Part shown: positions 1-13,749 of the stretch, piece after piece
Layout of the letters: every line of letters begins with the position of its first letter
How positions within the stretch are numbered: position 1 is the stretch's first letter
Source: Chrysomallon squamiferum
Lineage: Eukaryota > Animalia > Mollusca
DNA: 64,000 nt
Reading direction: 5' to 3'
Assembly: GCA_012295275.1 (NCBI GenBank)
Contig: CM022668.1
Span: 14,260,001-14,324,000, forward strand
Made by a program: the position numbers and the translations under genes
Notes under the pieces: generated by a model
The model's input: the letters and a program-made list of their open reading frames with translations, nothing else
What the model was told of the DNA's origin: nothing
Databases searched by the model: none

Positions 1-1410
1 ATAAAAATAATTCACTTTGATAATAATTAATATCAGATAAAATGTAAATGCTTACAGAGATGGAGACAGATGCATTTTAAAATTTATTATTTAGTTATTC
101 TGTTGTTGAGGTCGTTTTTAAAATATCTCTGATATTAGTTGAAATGTTCTTGTCTTGAGTTTCAGAGATATGGAAATACAATTTGTAATTAGTGTGTCAT
201 ATTCAAAAATTAATTTTATTGTAAAATTTTGATTTTTGTTATTATTTTTTTTTAATGTTTTAATTACAGTTGTAGGTTTCTATTAAAATCCTTATCTAGT
301 GTATCTTGTGTGTGTTTGTCATTCAAATCTACATTTGTTTTAATGTCAGTTTAACCATTCTGTCTCTGTGTATCTGTATCTGTCAGTGTGTGTGTGTGTG
401 TGTGTGTGTGTCTGGACATATGTACATATATTCTATATTTTCCTCATTTTAACTTAATGTCTGGGTATCTAAATATGTTCTGAATTACTGAAAAATGCTG
501 TGTTCAGATATTCTTCATATCCAACTTGTTGAATGTTTAACAAATATATTGCTATTTTTTAACAATGTTGACTATTACTGTTATTTAATTATACCTGTCT
601 ATTTAATATTTTTTTTTTTACCACATATAGATTGTTCCAAAATAAAGAATAATGTTTTATTTTTAATTTTATTTTAAAAATATTTCTTAAAATAAAAATT
701 ATGGCAAAATTAGACAAAATGACAGGAGCAAATCTACACCAAATATTCATTAACTCAGTATTTCAAAATACAGATCAGCAAGTGATTTTATTATTATTAG
801 TTTTATGATCATCATTATTATTTTTTATATTTTTTTTTTCTTTAAATTCTAAGAACAAAAAAAATGTTTCTTAGTTGAAAAATAACCTTTAAATAATTTC
901 TTTTCAAAAAATAAATAAATAAATAAATAAATAAATAAATGAATAAATCCAGCATCAACAATAATTTAATTATTCTTCTGACAAAATTCTTCAAGTGAAC
1001 TGTAAACAGAACAAAAAAGTAAATTTGTTATTTCTCTTAGTTTTGAATTCTTTAAGTTAAATACACATTTATTTCCCTTTAAAATGTAAATGTTTTATCT
1101 CCCTTTGTTCTGAACTCTCCATGTTTTATGTACACTTATTTTCTTTTACAAAATATTTTCAATGCAAAAAGTTTTTGTTATCTCCCTTTGCTTTGAACTG
1201 TCCATGTAATATATATATGTTTTACTATCATTCACTGATATAAATAAATATGAACTCTCTGTTAAGATATGTTAATTATTTCCCTATTGAACTCTGCAAG
1301 CAAACTGTACATTTGTTTTCTCCCTTTACTATGAACTTTTACAGACAAATCAAAATTCTTTATTAGTACTGATACAAAAATTAACCATTTAGAGAATAAC
1401 AAGGAATATT

Positions 1411-1423
1411 AATAATAATAATA

Positions 1424-1459
<36 letters not shown>

Positions 1460-1465
1460 TTAATA

Positions 1466-1523
<58 letters not shown>
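1411..1523. repeat. (AAT)n microsatellite, representative of many AAT, AAAT, AT, AC and AG arrays in the window
   Basis: Direct reading. Other examples: (TTTA)n 3130-3300; (GA)n 10133-10216, 11820-12000, 61600-61662; (CA)n 34501-34546. Confidence 0.95.
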
Positions 1524-1526
<3 letters not shown>

Positions 1527-3936
1527 CTGTAGGTTTAACAAACATTTAAAACCAACAAAAATTAAGTATTTAGTAAATACAATCGACCAGTTATAATGTT
1601 ATTAAAATACGTTCAATAATAAAGCTCAAACTCTGTCATCTGATAATATATTTTACTTATTTGTTGTTTCAGTAAACAAGACAGAAAACAACTTGGCACA
1701 CAGGACATATCTTCAAACATACATATGTACAGACAAACACATTTGCTGTAATTCTCCAACCAAAAGTTATGTTAAATATTTAATAAACTCGATCTCATTT
1801 CAAAATTATGTTATTTATGTAATTTATTTACTTTTTATTTTTCTTTATTTATTTATTTTTTTTTTAATATTTAAATTATTATTATTTTTTTTTTTTTTTT
1901 CATTTGTTGACTTTTTTATTTGTTGATCAATAAAATTAATGCAAAAGGTTTTAACCAAATAAAAGGCCATATATAAAAATAACTATTTATTTCAGCTGAT
2001 GTTATTATTTCAAAATTTGTTCACTTTAAATGTTTTAAATACTTTTTGTACTGAAAAAAATCTGTGGATTCAGAGTTCTAATATTTATCTCATAAACACT
2101 TACTAACATTAATTCATAATAATAATTTAAAAAAAGGTAAAGAAAAACAATGTGGATTAAAAGATAAAGAAAAAAAAAGAAATCAGATTAATCCCCATTT
2201 TTTTTTTTTTTTTAATTTTATCAGAATAAAAAAAAAAAAAAAACAGAGAAATAAATGTAGTTAAAAAAATTAACTTTTTGAGACAAAGAAACATTCTACA
2301 CAAAAATCAACTCTTTAACACTGACAGATTGTACGAGACATTTGCATAAAAACCAGGTCAGGTCAAGGCCATTAGTTCAAGGTCATCTCAAAGTCACCTT
2401 TTATGTTGTTTTACTGTTCTGTTGCCATTATATTCTAGAACAAAACAGAGTTAATAATTCAGGATATGCAGTAATGAAGACACTTTCGAATCAGCAGTCG
2501 ATATAAAAAACACATTTAGCTGCATTTTGTTTGCACATTTCAAAAATCGTGTACAAAAAAAAAAAATCAACGAGAGTAGGATCAAAATTCAAACACCAAC
2601 AGAGCAATGCACAATCCAAATGAACTATTTTGGTTGGGGGGTGATAAAAAAAAAATTAAAAATTACCAAGGAAATGGTCCCATAAAATTATTTAAACTCA
2701 GTATGGGATGACTAAGGAGTCAATGAAGGATAGGGCACTCCTACTGATTTTCTTAACAAGAAAACATGAAAATGAGGGATATTTGGGGTGATAAAATGGA
2801 AATTAGGGATGATTTAGGGCCAAAATAATGTCTAAAAACTCTAAAAAAAAAATATCTGAACGACATATCAGATAAAAAAAAAAAAAAAAAAAAGCAGTTT
2901 CAACAAACAAGAAGTGTTGGTGGGGGAGGTTCTTATAATCTGATTAATGATCAAAGATTTTAGTTAAAAGTTCAAGAAACTTGAAAAAAAAAATAAATAA
3001 ATAAAAATAAAAATAACAAAGAAAAATAGTAATAGAAACTGTTTGCGTAAATTAAAAAATTAAATGGACAGGAAGATTTCCTAAAATGTTTTATTTGTTG
3101 GTCCCTTGTGTTTGTGAATTGTTTACTGTACTTATTTATTTATTTGTTTACTTGTTTATTTATTTATTTATTTGTTTATTTATTTTTTTACTTGTTTATT
3201 TATTTATTTACTTGTTTATTTATTTATTTATTTATTTACTTGTTTATTTATTTATCTACTTGTTTATTTACGTTCTTATTTATTTACTAATTTATTTATG
3301 TATTTGTTGTTGTTATCAGTCTTGTTTGTAATATCATTCAAGTTTTCCATTTATTTATTTTTACTTCTCATCATTTTGCATTGAAAGTGTTAAACTTTAA
3401 AAAAAAAAAAATGTATTTACCTTGTTTTTGCTTTATTATCAGAAAATAAAATATTTAAATATAATGAATTATCAAAAATATTAAATATAATAAAAATAAT
3501 AATAAAGACAAAACTGATATTAGCAGATAAATAAAATAAATAAAATAAATAAATAAATAAATAAATAAATAAGTTAATAACAAGAGAATGATAGAAAAAC
3601 GGCCAAGAAAAACTTTAACAAATGCATTTAACCAACCAATGAAAATTTGCCAAACACAAGCCATTGTAACTAATACATATTCACAAGCATATAATTATAA
3701 TAATAGTTCCATCAACAGATGATGCATAACTAATCAATTTACACATAATCATTCAATCATAAATGACAAACAAAAACGAAACAATTGTGCACAGAACCAA
3801 TAACTCTTCATCAACACATATTGATGCAAACAAAAACAAAAATGAATTAAAATTTAAAAAGATGAACCCTGTCCAATGTATAATATTTTTAGCAATAATC
3901 AATGTCTGTAACCGCCATATGTTTAATATTGACAGC

Positions 3937-3967
<31 letters not shown>

Positions 3968-4287
3968 TATATATGTATGTGTATATAGGTACTATATCTG
4001 TATATATATATATATATATATAGGTACTATATCTGTATCTATATCTATCTAAATGATAATCTTTTAAGTAAATGATTCAACTATTGCAACTACTTCCAAC
4101 ACATGTTAAAGCTAGCAGTCAAGTCATATATTTTTTTACTACATTTTTTATTTGTAATGTAACTATGTATATATATATATATATAATACTAAACTAAATA
4201 CCAGCCAATTTATAATAATAATAACAATAATAATAATAACAATAGAAATAATAATAGTAACAGTAGTAATAATAAATGATGAGGATG

Positions 4288-4324
<37 letters not shown>

Positions 4325-5569
4325 TAATAGAGATTCAGAGTAATAAATATTATAACAGTAGTAATATTGTAATAAAGACAGCAGTAGCAGTAGCAGTAGC
4401 AGCAGCAGTAGTAATAATAATAGTAGTAGTAGTAGTAGTAGTAGTGTATTTAGCTGTAGTAGTATTATAGTAATAAATATTTTTATAATAGTAATTCAAA
4501 CTTTGACAAATGAATTTATTTAACCTAACAAAATATTAATATCCTATTGATGCAGTGCAAAAAAAAAAAAAAATATTCTTTGACAATTCTGAATGAAACT
4601 ATGAGACAGAAAATTTAAAATTCCTTTATAAATCATCAGCATATTTTTAAAAACGAAGTCGAAAAATATTAAAATCTGAGGCGGAGTTTTTAAGACTAAA
4701 GTGAAAAATAGTCATCAATATGTTCAGAATTTAAGACAGACAATTTGATAACTGAAAAGAAACATTTATTAGCCATTTTACAGTTTCAAGTTGAGGCAGC
4801 CAAAATGAAATTAAGAATAAATATTAAGATTTTAAATAAGAGAGAAGTAAATGCTTAATTTTGTTTAACTGCCAATAAATAAGAGAAAGAAACATGAAAA
4901 CAATGAAATTTTAATTAAAAACATTGTAATTAGTTATATGAGATAATATCATTAATTTATCATAATGTAATTAACCTTTATTGTAATTAACAAATTAATA
5001 TAATATCATTAATTTATTATAATATAAACAATAAACAGTGATGCATCCAAAACAAAACCAAATTAATGTTGCTGAGGTAATTTGCATATTCATTGCCACA
5101 TAGGTCACAGGTCAACTGAATAATCAGAGGTCACATGTCAATGAAATAATAACAAATATGACTTAGAAATCTGAAAAATAGCTAACTGTATAGTGTAAAT
5201 TTTATAAATTTAAATACACCTGTGATAATGAAATCGACCAGGTATAAAAATTATAAGTATTCCTAAACTGCTCTTGTGAGAAATTTTACATTTCTTTGAA
5301 GGAAGATGGTCTTCTGTATTATTTCTTACTTTATTATTAGCAAAGGACAGGGGCTAATTACAGTCTTTTGAAAGATCAGACAATTAATTCATTTTTTTTT
5401 CAGGCTATAAATTAATTTAACCAGAATCAAATAAAATACTCAGAATAATATAAATGGACTTAATATAACCTGTCATTTGGAAATAAGTAAGAATTATTTC
5501 TGTTGTTTGTTAGCACCACCAAAAAATAAACTCTTGAAAGAACACACCAAATCCTACTACTGCTTGTAA

Positions 5570-5604
<35 letters not shown>

Positions 5605-7346
5605 ATTTTAAAAATAAATAAAAATAGTAATTAAAAAACTGAAAAAAAACAAACAAAAAAAAACAACAACTGTATACATAATTAATTCTCAATCTCATTT
5701 AGTTATGCCACTGGCCAGATACCAACTATCCAGTATTTTCTGATTTCAAAATAATCTTTTTGGGGCTTTTAGAATTAAGAAGTTTCACTTTTTCAGAATT
5801 AAAAAAAAGGTTTTTCAGGTTTCAGAATTGAGAAATGTTTGCATTTAAGAATTAGAAAGTCTTCACATTTCAGAAATGACTATACTGGGTTTTGGATTTC
5901 AGATGTAGAAAGTTTCTGGGTTTTGGATTTAGGAAGTTTTTGGATTTTGGAATAAGGAATAGTTTTTTTTAGTTTTTTTATTATTATTTATTTATTTGTT
6001 TCTGAATTTGAAAGCTTGCGATCCCTTGTGCAAGAAAAATAAAAGTAGTAGTAGCTATAGTAGTAATGTTACTGTTATTTACAAAATTAAAATTTATCTA
6101 TTCTGAAGTCGAAGTGTCTTGAAATTAAGAATTTCACATTTGTCCTCATTGTGAATTTATGACAAACTAAGTATCCATAGTCAAAAGATTCTTAACCAAA
6201 ATCTCACTGATAAAAAACAAATTATATAAGATTTTATTTAATTTTTGTAACTTTTATTATTTATTTGTTACTCTCTTTTTTTTGTGCTGATCATTCCTTT
6301 TGTAAGTTTTGTTTTTCTTTCTTTCAAAATGCAATAGTATTAACAGTTTCTTTTAAATGCAATATTAGTACTGTTTTTCAAAAAAAAAAAAAAAAAAAAA
6401 AAAGTCATTTTAATCCATATTGGGGAGAGAAAATAAAAATGAAAGAAAAATAATAATAAAAAATGAAAAACAAAAATTAATAATAATAATAATAATAATA
6501 AAAATAAATAAAGGCTGGTATTATACAATTTTCATGCATTTTCATTTAACAGTTCATCTTACTCTATCATGTATATAATATATAGAACATGCATATACAA
6601 CAGTATTATAAGTAATCAATCTAATCAATGTATCACAATCTAACAGTATCTATATACATGTATGTATACTATAACATACACCGAAACATTATTATAATCT
6701 AAAAAAAAAAAAATTAATAATTGTAATAATAAAATGATGATGATAATTCTGTATGTAAATAATCCATTGCATTTATGTTTTGTTTATTGCTACTTACACT
6801 ATAGAGAATAATAACATAATAACAATAATAATAACAATAATAATGATAATAAAATTAGTAATAATAATAAATGTATTATAATAATGATAAAAATAATAAT
6901 AATAGTAGTAATAATAATATTAATAATAATAAAAGTAAACAATTTTCTAATTATTATTTGATTATTACATTAAAATATAGAGAATAATAATTAAATAATA
7001 ATTTTAAAAAAGCACGTTACGAGGATTTAAAAAATAAAATAACAATGATACTTTCTGTAAGTAAGCAACACATTGCATTTATATTTTTAATTATCCATTG
7101 GTAATTCCTACTTACGCACACACATAATCAATATAATTGTTATTTTCTTTATAATAATTCACTGTATTTATATTCTATTAATCTTCATTCAGATACTGAT
7201 ATTTAAACAGTTAAAAAAAATGTGTTTAAAGTTTTAATCAGTATGTAACAGAGAAAAATAATATAATAATAATTAATTGCATTTAAAATTTTAACTATTA
7301 GTCATGAATGAATACATACAAGAATACAATCCAAAACAAAATAATA

Positions 7347-7381
<35 letters not shown>

Positions 7382-7743
7382 AATAGAAAGATAAAAATAA
7401 AAATAATTAAAAGTTAAATAAAAGGAATCTATAAGCAAACAATTTATTGCATTTATTTTGTAACCATTGGTTATATTCCATTACATACATCCATACAAGA
7501 AAAAGAAAAAAAAAAAAAACAACAAAAAAAAACGGAAAGAAATAAAACAAATAAAAAGAAAAGAAAAGAAAGAAAATTAAAAATGAATCAGAAAATCTGT
7601 AAGTATTTGTATTCTAATAATCAATCATATACCAGTACATACATGCTGCATACATGAAAAAAACAAATAATCATAATAATTGCATCCAATAAAACAATTA
7701 AACAGTACACATACAATTAATGAATTATTAAAATATATTTATA

Positions 7744-7775
<32 letters not shown>

Positions 7776-8699
7776 GGCTTGTGTAATACCATTCACCCAC
7801 AAAAAAATATATATATTTTTCTTCTTTTTTTTTTTTAGTAATATATGTGATATCTATAAAACAATTCAGTTCATATATTGCTGTAACAATATTTGCTTCT
7901 GTTTTTCTCAACACACCAATACAAATAAATCTTTTTATTAAAATCATGGAGACAGATGTTTTGCAGTGTATTTAATTAACTTTGCTTAAGTGAAACACCT
8001 TCAACTTAAAATTATATATTTTCAGCAGATTTGCCTTTCAACTGAAACAAATTTATTTACTTTTACTAAATTTGCCTTTCAACATAAATAATAAAAATAA
8101 AAAATTTGGTAGATTTATTTTTTTAATGTAAACAAATTTATTCCAGTTCAATAACTACTTACTTTTTATTATAATCAGACAATGTACACATTACAAAAAA
8201 TCATTAAAAATAAATTCTATAATAACAAAAAAAAAAAAAAATTAAAAAAAAAAAAAAAAAAAAGCAAAACTGTTTTGACTTTATAATGAAGAATCTGAGA
8301 TATCAAGAAAAAAAGAAAGAAACCAAAACACACAATATTTTTAATTTAAAATTGAAGTTAATTAAGTAAAAAGGTGTTTCATTATATAAAGTCATCAAGT
8401 CTGTTTTTCTAACATTCTAACAGTTCCTAGGTTGTGTGTCCAGGTTGAGCTTTCAGCTGACTGCAAGTATCTTTGAAACAGTCACTGAATGAAAACTCTA
8501 CAGATAATGAAAACTGTATCTGTATATTAACTTTTTATATGTAGGTAGATAGGTATTTACATACATGAATATATCTGTATGTGTGTCCATTATTAACATC
8601 ATGTGGAAAAACAGACTTGACAATATGGAACATTTAACAAAGTAAGAAAGTTTGAGAAAAAAAAAAAAATTTTTAGTTACCAAATATGGTTGGAGTTAA

Positions 8700-9030
8700 T
8701 CCTAGACTGACCAATTACAGATTAGCTAATCCTCTGTGAGCCAAGATCAACCAATCAGAACTTAGCTAATCTGGGATAAGTCAAGACTAACCAATCAGAA
8801 CTTAGCTAATCTGGGATAAGTCAAGACTAACCAATCAGAAGTAAGGTAATCCTGGATAAGTCAAGATTTGCCAGTCAGGGCTTAGCTAACCCTGAAGGAG
8901 CATGGATTAACTAATCAGAGCTAAGCTAATCCCAGATAATCTGAAATTAATCCAAGATTAACCAAACTGAAGTGGGCATAAACTGATAATCTGAAACTGA
9001 CCAAGCAAAATTTGGCCAATCTTGGAAAGG
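8700..9030. repeat. 40-bp tandem minisatellite with CCAATCAG core, in the presumed SPATS2 3' UTR
   Basis: ccaatcagaa at 8751, 8791, 8831; degenerate copies at 8711, 8871, 8911. Confidence 0.9.
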
Positions 9031-9271
9031 CTGATGGAGGCAATAGAGATCTGGTGTATATATATATATATATGTATATAATATTTATAAACTTTTTAAA
9101 CTAAAAAAAAAAAAAAAAAAAAGGGTCATTTTATTCTCTCCATGATTATATATATATATATATATATATTTGTAATGTGTCGAAAGATTTAGTTAATAAA
9201 ATTTGAGCACAGACGTTGTTTGTTTCTTGTTTCTTTTTTTTCCTTCTTTCAAAACAGCAGCTCCTCCCAAT

Positions 9272-9741
9272 TTAAGTTGTTGATGCAACAGCAGCAGCAG
9301 CAGGAGCAGCAGCAGGAGAAGCAGCAGGAGCAACAGCAGTGGCCGATGTTACCAATGTTGTTGCTTGACTAGACTGAAAAGAAGCTCCCCCACGATTCAT
9401 GCCGCGACCGCCTCTGTAGTCACCCCTTCCTCTTCCCCCCCTCCTATCTCTGCCTCTTCCTCTACCCCCGTCCCCACCTCGGCCCCGGTACCCCTCCCCG
9501 CGACCTCTCTGACCTCTCTCTGACCTTGGCCTCCCGTCTGCGCTGAACCTCTGAGGACTGGACTGACCTCTGCCGTAGTTACGACGTGGCGACCGGCTCC
9601 CAGAATTCAGCCGGTCAGCTGAGCCGTCTTGCTGGGTTGTCTCCCCTGAGTTGGACTGAGTTGTCTTTCCCTTGGTGTCATTTTTATCGTCCTTCTTGGA
9701 TTGGTCATTGCGTTGGGAATTTTTGTTTTGCTTGTTATTAT
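9272..9741 (-). CDS. SPATS2: SPATS2-like terminal coding exon, RG/RGG-rich region and Ala-rich tail, TAA stop
   Basis: Poly-T + tag acceptor at 9742-9743; GC-rich 470-nt open frame to the stop at 9272. Confidence 0.9.
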
Positions 9742-9896
9742 CTATAAATTTAAAAAAAAAAAAAAAAAAAAAATTATATAACAAACCCATTTACAAAATT
9801 ACTTCAAATTTAAAAAGAAATTTAAAAGAAACAAATTTAACAATTACTTGGTCAATAAGAAAACAATAAAACAAATAACAACAAATAATTATGTAC

Positions 9897-9969
9897 CTGT
9901 TTGGCTGTTGGGCTTCACAGGAGCAGAGGCCGGCCTGTTTCTAGGGGGTGGGGATTTAACAGGCACTCC
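9897..9969 (-). CDS. SPATS2: SPATS2-like exon (GVPVKSPPPRNRPASAPVKPNSQT)
   Basis: ttgcag|...CAG|gtacat, 73 nt, phase 0->1. Confidence 0.82.
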
Positions 9970-10127
9970 CTGCAATCAAGTAAGTAAATAAATAAATAAA
10001 TAAATAAATAAATTTAAAAAATGTTTACATCAACAATTTGTACAGATATTTCAAATGAATAAATGAATTATGAAATAATTAACTTCCATTATCTGAGGAC
10101 ATTTTCAGGAAGGAAGGAAGGAAGGAA

Positions 10128-10220
<93 letters not shown>

Positions 10221-10618
10221 TGACAGTGTCTGAGACAGAGACACACAGAGAAAGAAAGAGATGGAGATAAAAAAGAAGAAAGGAAAGAAGGGAAATAAAA
10301 CAGGAGATAAGGAAAAGTAAGTAACACAGAAAATGGATAAAGAAAGTTTTAGATAAAATATCATGGAACAAAACAAATAACAGAAATCAAAGTAACATAA
10401 TAAAAAGATGGTTTAAAAAGAAGAGAGAAAAATATTACACAATATTTCCACAAAATTTTAATTAACATTATACAAATTTTACATAATTAACTGTTTAATT
10501 CATGTCTACCATTAACCACTGACTGAAAAAAAAATAATAAAAAATAAAAAATTACGAAAAACAAAATGAATAATACACGAGCATCCCTCCTTCACTAACT
10601 GCAATTAAGAGCAGAAAC

Positions 10619-10710
10619 CTGTAATTTCAGAGAGTTTTTCAGCCTATGTTGTAGTTCAGCCATTTCTTCAGTGGACAAGGCATCATGTGATGTCAGTTCA
10701 TTAATCGACT
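10619..10710 (-). CDS. SPATS2: SPATS2-like exon (SINELTSHDALSTEEMAELQHRLKNSLKLQ)
   Basis: tacag|...CAG|gtttct, 92 nt, phase 1->0. Confidence 0.8.
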
Positions 10711-11435
10711 CTGTAACAAAATATTCATCAAATGAACCAAACGAAACAAAAACTGTATGAACGAGTAACAAACTGTTAATTTCATCAAGTTTCCACAAAA
10801 CCAGAATTATCAGAAAACCACTTTGAGAGAAATTTGAATTGGTTACATAATGTTTTTGTTTTTTTGCTGTTTTAAATTTATACAGACAGTGATTCATGTA
10901 TGGCCATGTTATGCTTGGACCAAGAAGACCTAGATCAGAATTTACTTAAATTTCTTTATTAAATATTACCCAGCATTCTCTATTTTGCTTGTACTGTATC
11001 ACTGCTCTGCCAGAATGCATATATATACAGAAAGGAAATAAACCACAGATTTTATTTCTTTTTTCTATTTATTTATTTATTATTATTATTATTATTTTTT
11101 TTTTTTTTATTTTTGTTGTTGTTGTTGTTGTTGTTGTTGTGGTGGTGGTGGTGGTGGTTGTAAGTATGTCTCACTAATAAAAATTATCTCCAAAAAGTTC
11201 TGGTTCTTGCTAAAACTTTAATGACTTTAATAACAAATTAAACTTTTATTTAAACTACTTACTTCATTTTAGTTTAATCTGTTAATTTGTAAAATTATTC
11301 TCAAGTTGATGGATGTTCCAATTTAACAATGGGTAACAGTACAAAAGGTGCATAAGCACTAATCTGTGTAATTTATAATGTTAAGTTTGATGAAGACTTT
11401 GCTTTAACAAAACCTTCCCATATTATAATTGGATA

Positions 11436-11642
11436 AGACTAAATCTGTGTAGACTTTGCCACTCACCTATGTTATCTACACTATTTGTCATCTTATGGAA
11501 GCTAACACTAAGTCTGTGCAGACTTTGCCATTCACCTGTGTTATCTACACTATTTGTCATCTTATGGAAGCTAACACTAAGTCTGTGCAGACTTTGCCAC
11601 TCACCTGTGTTATCAACGCTGTTTGCTGTCTTGTGGAAGCTG
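11436..11642 (-). repeat. 69-bp x3 tandem repeat spanning an exon end and 5' splice site
   Basis: Donor GT dinucleotides at 11604, 11535 and 11466, exactly 69 bp apart. Confidence 0.95.
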
Positions 11643-11736
11643 AGTGATGTGGGTGTGTCCTCTGGAGACAAGGCACTGCTGCCAACAGAGGAGAGGGACG
11701 GGCGACGAGCACTGTAGGCACAGTTGACAGGCACAA
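11605..11736 (-). CDS. SPATS2: SPATS2-like exon (VPVNCAYSARRPSLSSVG...NSVDNT)
   Basis: ttctcag|...CAG|gtgagt, 132 nt, phase 1->1. YSxR motif conserved. Confidence 0.88.
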
Positions 11737-11816
11737 CTGAGAAGAAACCAGGCAAAACGTGAATGTGACAGGCATTGTCAGTAATTAGAAATATACTAAC
11801 TTTTGATTACTGACTG

Positions 11817-11885
<69 letters not shown>

Positions 11886-11954
11886 AAGAGAGACTCAGAG
11901 AGACAGACAGACAGAGAGAGAGACAATCAGACAGCGAGATACAGAATCTGAGAG

Positions 11955-12011
<57 letters not shown>

Positions 12012-12148
12012 TACTGACAAACAGAGATGAACTGACAATAATTAGAAACAAAAGAATTATGACTCAAATCAATGTATGCAATAATTCAGTTACTGATAAA
12101 GAGAAACAGAAAAAAAAATAAAAAAAATAAAACACATAAAATATTTAC

Positions 12149-12170
12149 CTTCTGCAAAAGTCTTGATAAC
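12149..12170 (-). CDS. SPATS2: SPATS2-like 22-nt micro-exon (VIKTFAE)
   Basis: cacag|GTTATCAAGACTTTTGCAGAAG|gtaaat. Phase 0->1 bridges its neighbours exactly; corresponds to IxxFGE/Q. Confidence 0.8.
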
Positions 12171-12657
12171 CTGTGAATATAAACAGTCAACATTAATCTT
12201 ACTTATATTTAAAACCTATTACTGCTGTGTTTTTAATATTTTTCCCTACAAGTGATCAAATAATAACAATAATAAATTTATGTAAAACATTTATATATAT
12301 AAAGATTGCATAACATTTTTTATTACTGATTTTGATTTTTAAGTTGATTTTACTTTAGAAGCAGACAATATACCACCATTTTCTATTATTCCTTTTTTTT
12401 TTTTTCAAACAACATAAATTAAAAAAAACGTTATGTAGACCACTTTTTTAAATTTTATTTTTCTCCACTGCCTCATTTGAAATATTTTACTTATCAAGTC
12501 AGTTTATAAATAAAAATACCAGCTTAACTGAAATCAAAATATTTAGTTACATGAATGAAATACTGACAAAATTTATTTTTGTATACCTCTGTAACTATTT
12601 TCATGTATTGCTCAGGTTTAAAATGTATAGAAAAAGAAAAAGAAAAAAGAAACTTAC

Positions 12658-12738
12658 TTCATTTAAACGATCAGTATCATAGAGGAATCGTGTAGTACGT
12701 CCAAGATCTTCATCAACCTTTCTGTCACTGACAAACAG
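12658..12738 (-). CDS. SPATS2: SPATS2-like exon (LFVSDRKVDEDLGRTTRFLYDTDRLNE)
   Basis: tacag|...|gtaagt, 81 nt. Matches the conserved FVSERKYDEDLGR. Confidence 0.95.
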
Positions 12739-12884
12739 CTGTAGTAATAGCAGTAATAATAACATAGAATAATAGTAATAATAATACAGTAATGTTAATA
12801 CTAATAGTAATAGTAGTAGTAGTTGTTTGTACAGTAGTAGTAATAATAATAATACATATAATTTAAAAAACTAAAATTGTTTTG

Positions 12885-12918
<34 letters not shown>

Positions 12919-12919
12919 G

Positions 12920-12972
<53 letters not shown>

Positions 12973-13053
12973 GCTCTGTCTCTCTCACCATCTATTCATG
13001 CCACAGTACATATTTATTTTTTTAATCTGAGGGAATTCCAAGTTGTGTTTTAC

Positions 13054-13163
13054 CTTGATATCAGCTCTAAGGTCAGCCAGCTCAGTTTCAGAAAAGCGTT
13101 CTGCTCTTTCAACCCGCATTTTCAAGTTCATAGCTTTTTCCTGCCGTTGACTAAAAACTACAT
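13054..13163 (-). CDS. SPATS2: SPATS2-like DUF1387 exon (VVFSQRQEKAMNLKMRVERAERFSETELADLRADIK)
   Basis: gccag|...AAG|gtaaaa, 110 nt, phase 1->0. Conserved RQxKA...LRADIK. Confidence 0.9.
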
Positions 13164-13193
13164 CTGGCAGAGGAAAAAAAAAAAAAAATGAAA

Positions 13194-13231
<38 letters not shown>

Positions 13232-13749
13232 AATAAAAATTATAAGAATGACAGAAGGAATATTTGATTATGATATTCTTCACAACAGCAAACATGGCTT
13301 ACAAAATGTGATTTATTTGATTTTTTTTTTTTTATTGATTAGGTAGATGGACTAGTTTTTTTGTAGTGTGTGTGTGTGTGTGTTTATATGTGCATGTGCA
13401 TGCATGTGTGAGTATGTTTTCAGTGCATGAATTAAATGTGTTACTCCAGCATATGTGTTTTTTTAATGATTGTTTTTCTTTTCATATAGCACTGTGTATG
13501 TGTGTTGTGCATGTACAAATATCTGTGAATATTTCTGTGTGTGTTTTTTTATCAGTATATGTGGGAAAAGATGTTACAAATTTTGTATCTGTTTAATATT
13601 TCTGTTTTTTTTTTTTTTTTATATGTTGGGAAAAGATGTTATGAATTTATTTTGTATATCTATTTTATCTGAACATAACACTGCACATTTTTTAATTTTT
13701 TGCATCAATTTAATTTTATTATTATTTTTTCTGAAATAAAAACAACCAG

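Noticed and set aside
3086-3384. Hydrophobic ORFs (YLFI repeats) and similar ORFs at 4276, 10079, 11818, 29530, 45685, 54498, 62860
   Set aside because: Translations of TTTA, AAT, GA, TG and AGT microsatellites; no splice or homology support.
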